Position numbers and translations under genes: made by a program. Positions 62,680 through 64,000 of a DNA stretch of 64,000 bases are shown here, one piece after another. A model generated the notes under the pieces. That model made no database searches, was not told the origin of the DNA, and saw nothing but the letters and a program-made list of their open reading frames with translations. Every line of letters starts with the position of its first letter. Positions within the stretch are counted from its first letter, which is position 1. Origin of the DNA: Rhina ancylostomus (taxonomy: Eukaryota); contig JARFYF010000029.1 of the NCBI GenBank assembly GCA_030265395.1, positions 22,247,453 to 22,311,452 on the forward strand, written 5' to 3'.

Positions 62680-64000
62680 GCAGCACCAGGCTGTTCCTGA
62701 CTTACTTGCAATACAAATGAGAGAGCTGATCATGACATGAGTGCAGCTCACTGGATTCAATACTCTGCATTCAGGGGAACGTAAGTGTCTGAGGATGCTC
62801 AGGCTAGCAAAGCATATGGTAGCAGAACTGTGCAGCTTTTTTGAAGAAGACCTGCTGTCTGTCAGGTCTACTAGGCACATTCTATTAATAGTTGTGAAAA
62901 TGGTAGCAGTGGTCAACTTCTGTGTTTCAGGATCCTTCTATGACTGTGTCAACAATATACGTATGATCTTGAAATTGTCTTTCATTAATGTGTCAGGCAT
63001 ATCCCTCACTCTACTAACATCAAGACAGGGACTATTCTGTTTCAATGAAATGTGTGGAAGGATATGCCATGAGTGACACCAGGTATTCCTAAAAAGAGAT
63101 GCCAACCTGACAAAGCTACAACACAGGAATACATACATACTTAATAGCAAAAACAGCATGCAATAGAATTGTCTTTTGGTAGTGAAAAATTAAACTGCTA
63201 TAGGAGGTGGCCCCAAATAATCTTCTGATGCTGGTGGAGCTCAGTATATGTGCCAAGAAAGGCTGAAGAATTTGCAACCATCCTTAGGCAAAAGTGTCAA
63301 ATATACATCATGGTCTACTATTCTTATCAGCACAGAAATCACTTTTCAGCACTTTCAATTCATTCCATGTCATATCAAAAAATGTCCAAGAGCCCCAAGT
63401 ATAGCAAAAGCTATGAAACCAGGCTGGAACGTGGATATGGTACTCCAAGACCAGCCACACATCTAGACTAGATCTTCCAGGACAGTTACAGTATCCACAT
63501 CCATTTGAAAAAGGCAAAAGGTATGTCCTTTCCTATGCAATCTGGGTAATTACTAACCATTGCCTTATTTGCAAGAATACATCAATTTTATTGAGCTGGC
63601 TATCAGGTTTGCAGCTATGACTGACCTTTGATAGATGCAGGGTATCACATCCACAGTCACCAAAGAAACCACATTAATTGGAAAGTGCTTCATTTAATTA
63701 AGATTTAGATCATCTTCTGCTATAATTCACTCATCTAGTGGTGCACAACTATTACTGATGTATTCACTTAAGGATTAGCGGCTGGATGATAAAGGATGAT
63801 CACTGAAGTAATGGACAAGAACCTCAGTGAGAAGCTCGAACAATGCAGCACACATCTGTCCACCAAAAATGTAATTGAGAAAATCAATGGAGTGCTTGAA
63901 AACTTCTGTATCTTGATGGCTCTGAAGGGGCCCTTCAATGTACAAAAGCTGGCATCACAAAGATGATGGCAGTCTGCTCCTCATATCTCAGAAGTGTGCA
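62680..64000 (+). mobile_element. PIF/Harbinger transposase pseudogene (runs off the window; interrupted ~63130-63590)
   Basis: CLRMLRL..VAELC, VKMVAVVNFCVSGSF (ALNFYASGSFQ-like), INWK..H (NRKGFHS-like), DDKG (GDKGY-like), HxxTKNVIE..GVL, and LDGSEGALQ. Confidence 0.75.

Noticed and set aside
1-64000. Coding exons of the expected neighbours GPR19 and APOLD1
   Set aside because: No 7TM or apolipoprotein-L-like ORF is recognisable; they presumably lie outside the window.
1-64000. CRISPR array, operon or other prokaryotic-type system
   Set aside because: The window is spliced vertebrate DNA with no regularly spaced repeat-spacer structure or dense ORF clusters.

Overview
AT-rich vertebrate genomic DNA with several N gaps. 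The repeat content (CR1/HER1-type LINE tails, V-domain SINEs, Deu-SINE, Tx1, Harbinger) suggests a cartilaginous fish; this is an inference. The only host protein-coding gene I can support is CDKN1B (p27Kip1) on the + strand: coding exons 31854-32334 and 32715-32839, a non-coding exon 3 from 34388, and a polyA signal at 35105. It sits in a ~12 kb stretch (about 29.1-41.2 kb) that appears TE-free and retains CpGs. That stretch also holds a second CCAAT-rich CpG-island promoter at ~35.6-36.4 kb. The rest is mostly decayed mobile DNA: CR1, L2, RTE, Rex1-like, Tx1, Penelope-like, DIRS-like, Harbinger, hAT and SINEs. Most notable: (i) a 910-bp TSD-flanked composite insert (old hAT fossil + truncated old SINE + young SINE) splitting a Tx1 LINE, which looks like a SINE-mediated 5' transduction; (ii) a tailless U6 retrocopy whose 15-bp TSD is partly complementary to downstream U6; (iii) the p27 uORF region conserved without its AUG; (iv) a conserved PUM/miR-221/miR-196/G-tract/QKI module in the p27 3'UTR. 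Comparisons with human sequence and repeat consensus motifs are from memory and need alignment. I found no convincing evidence of a wholly new multi-gene system.
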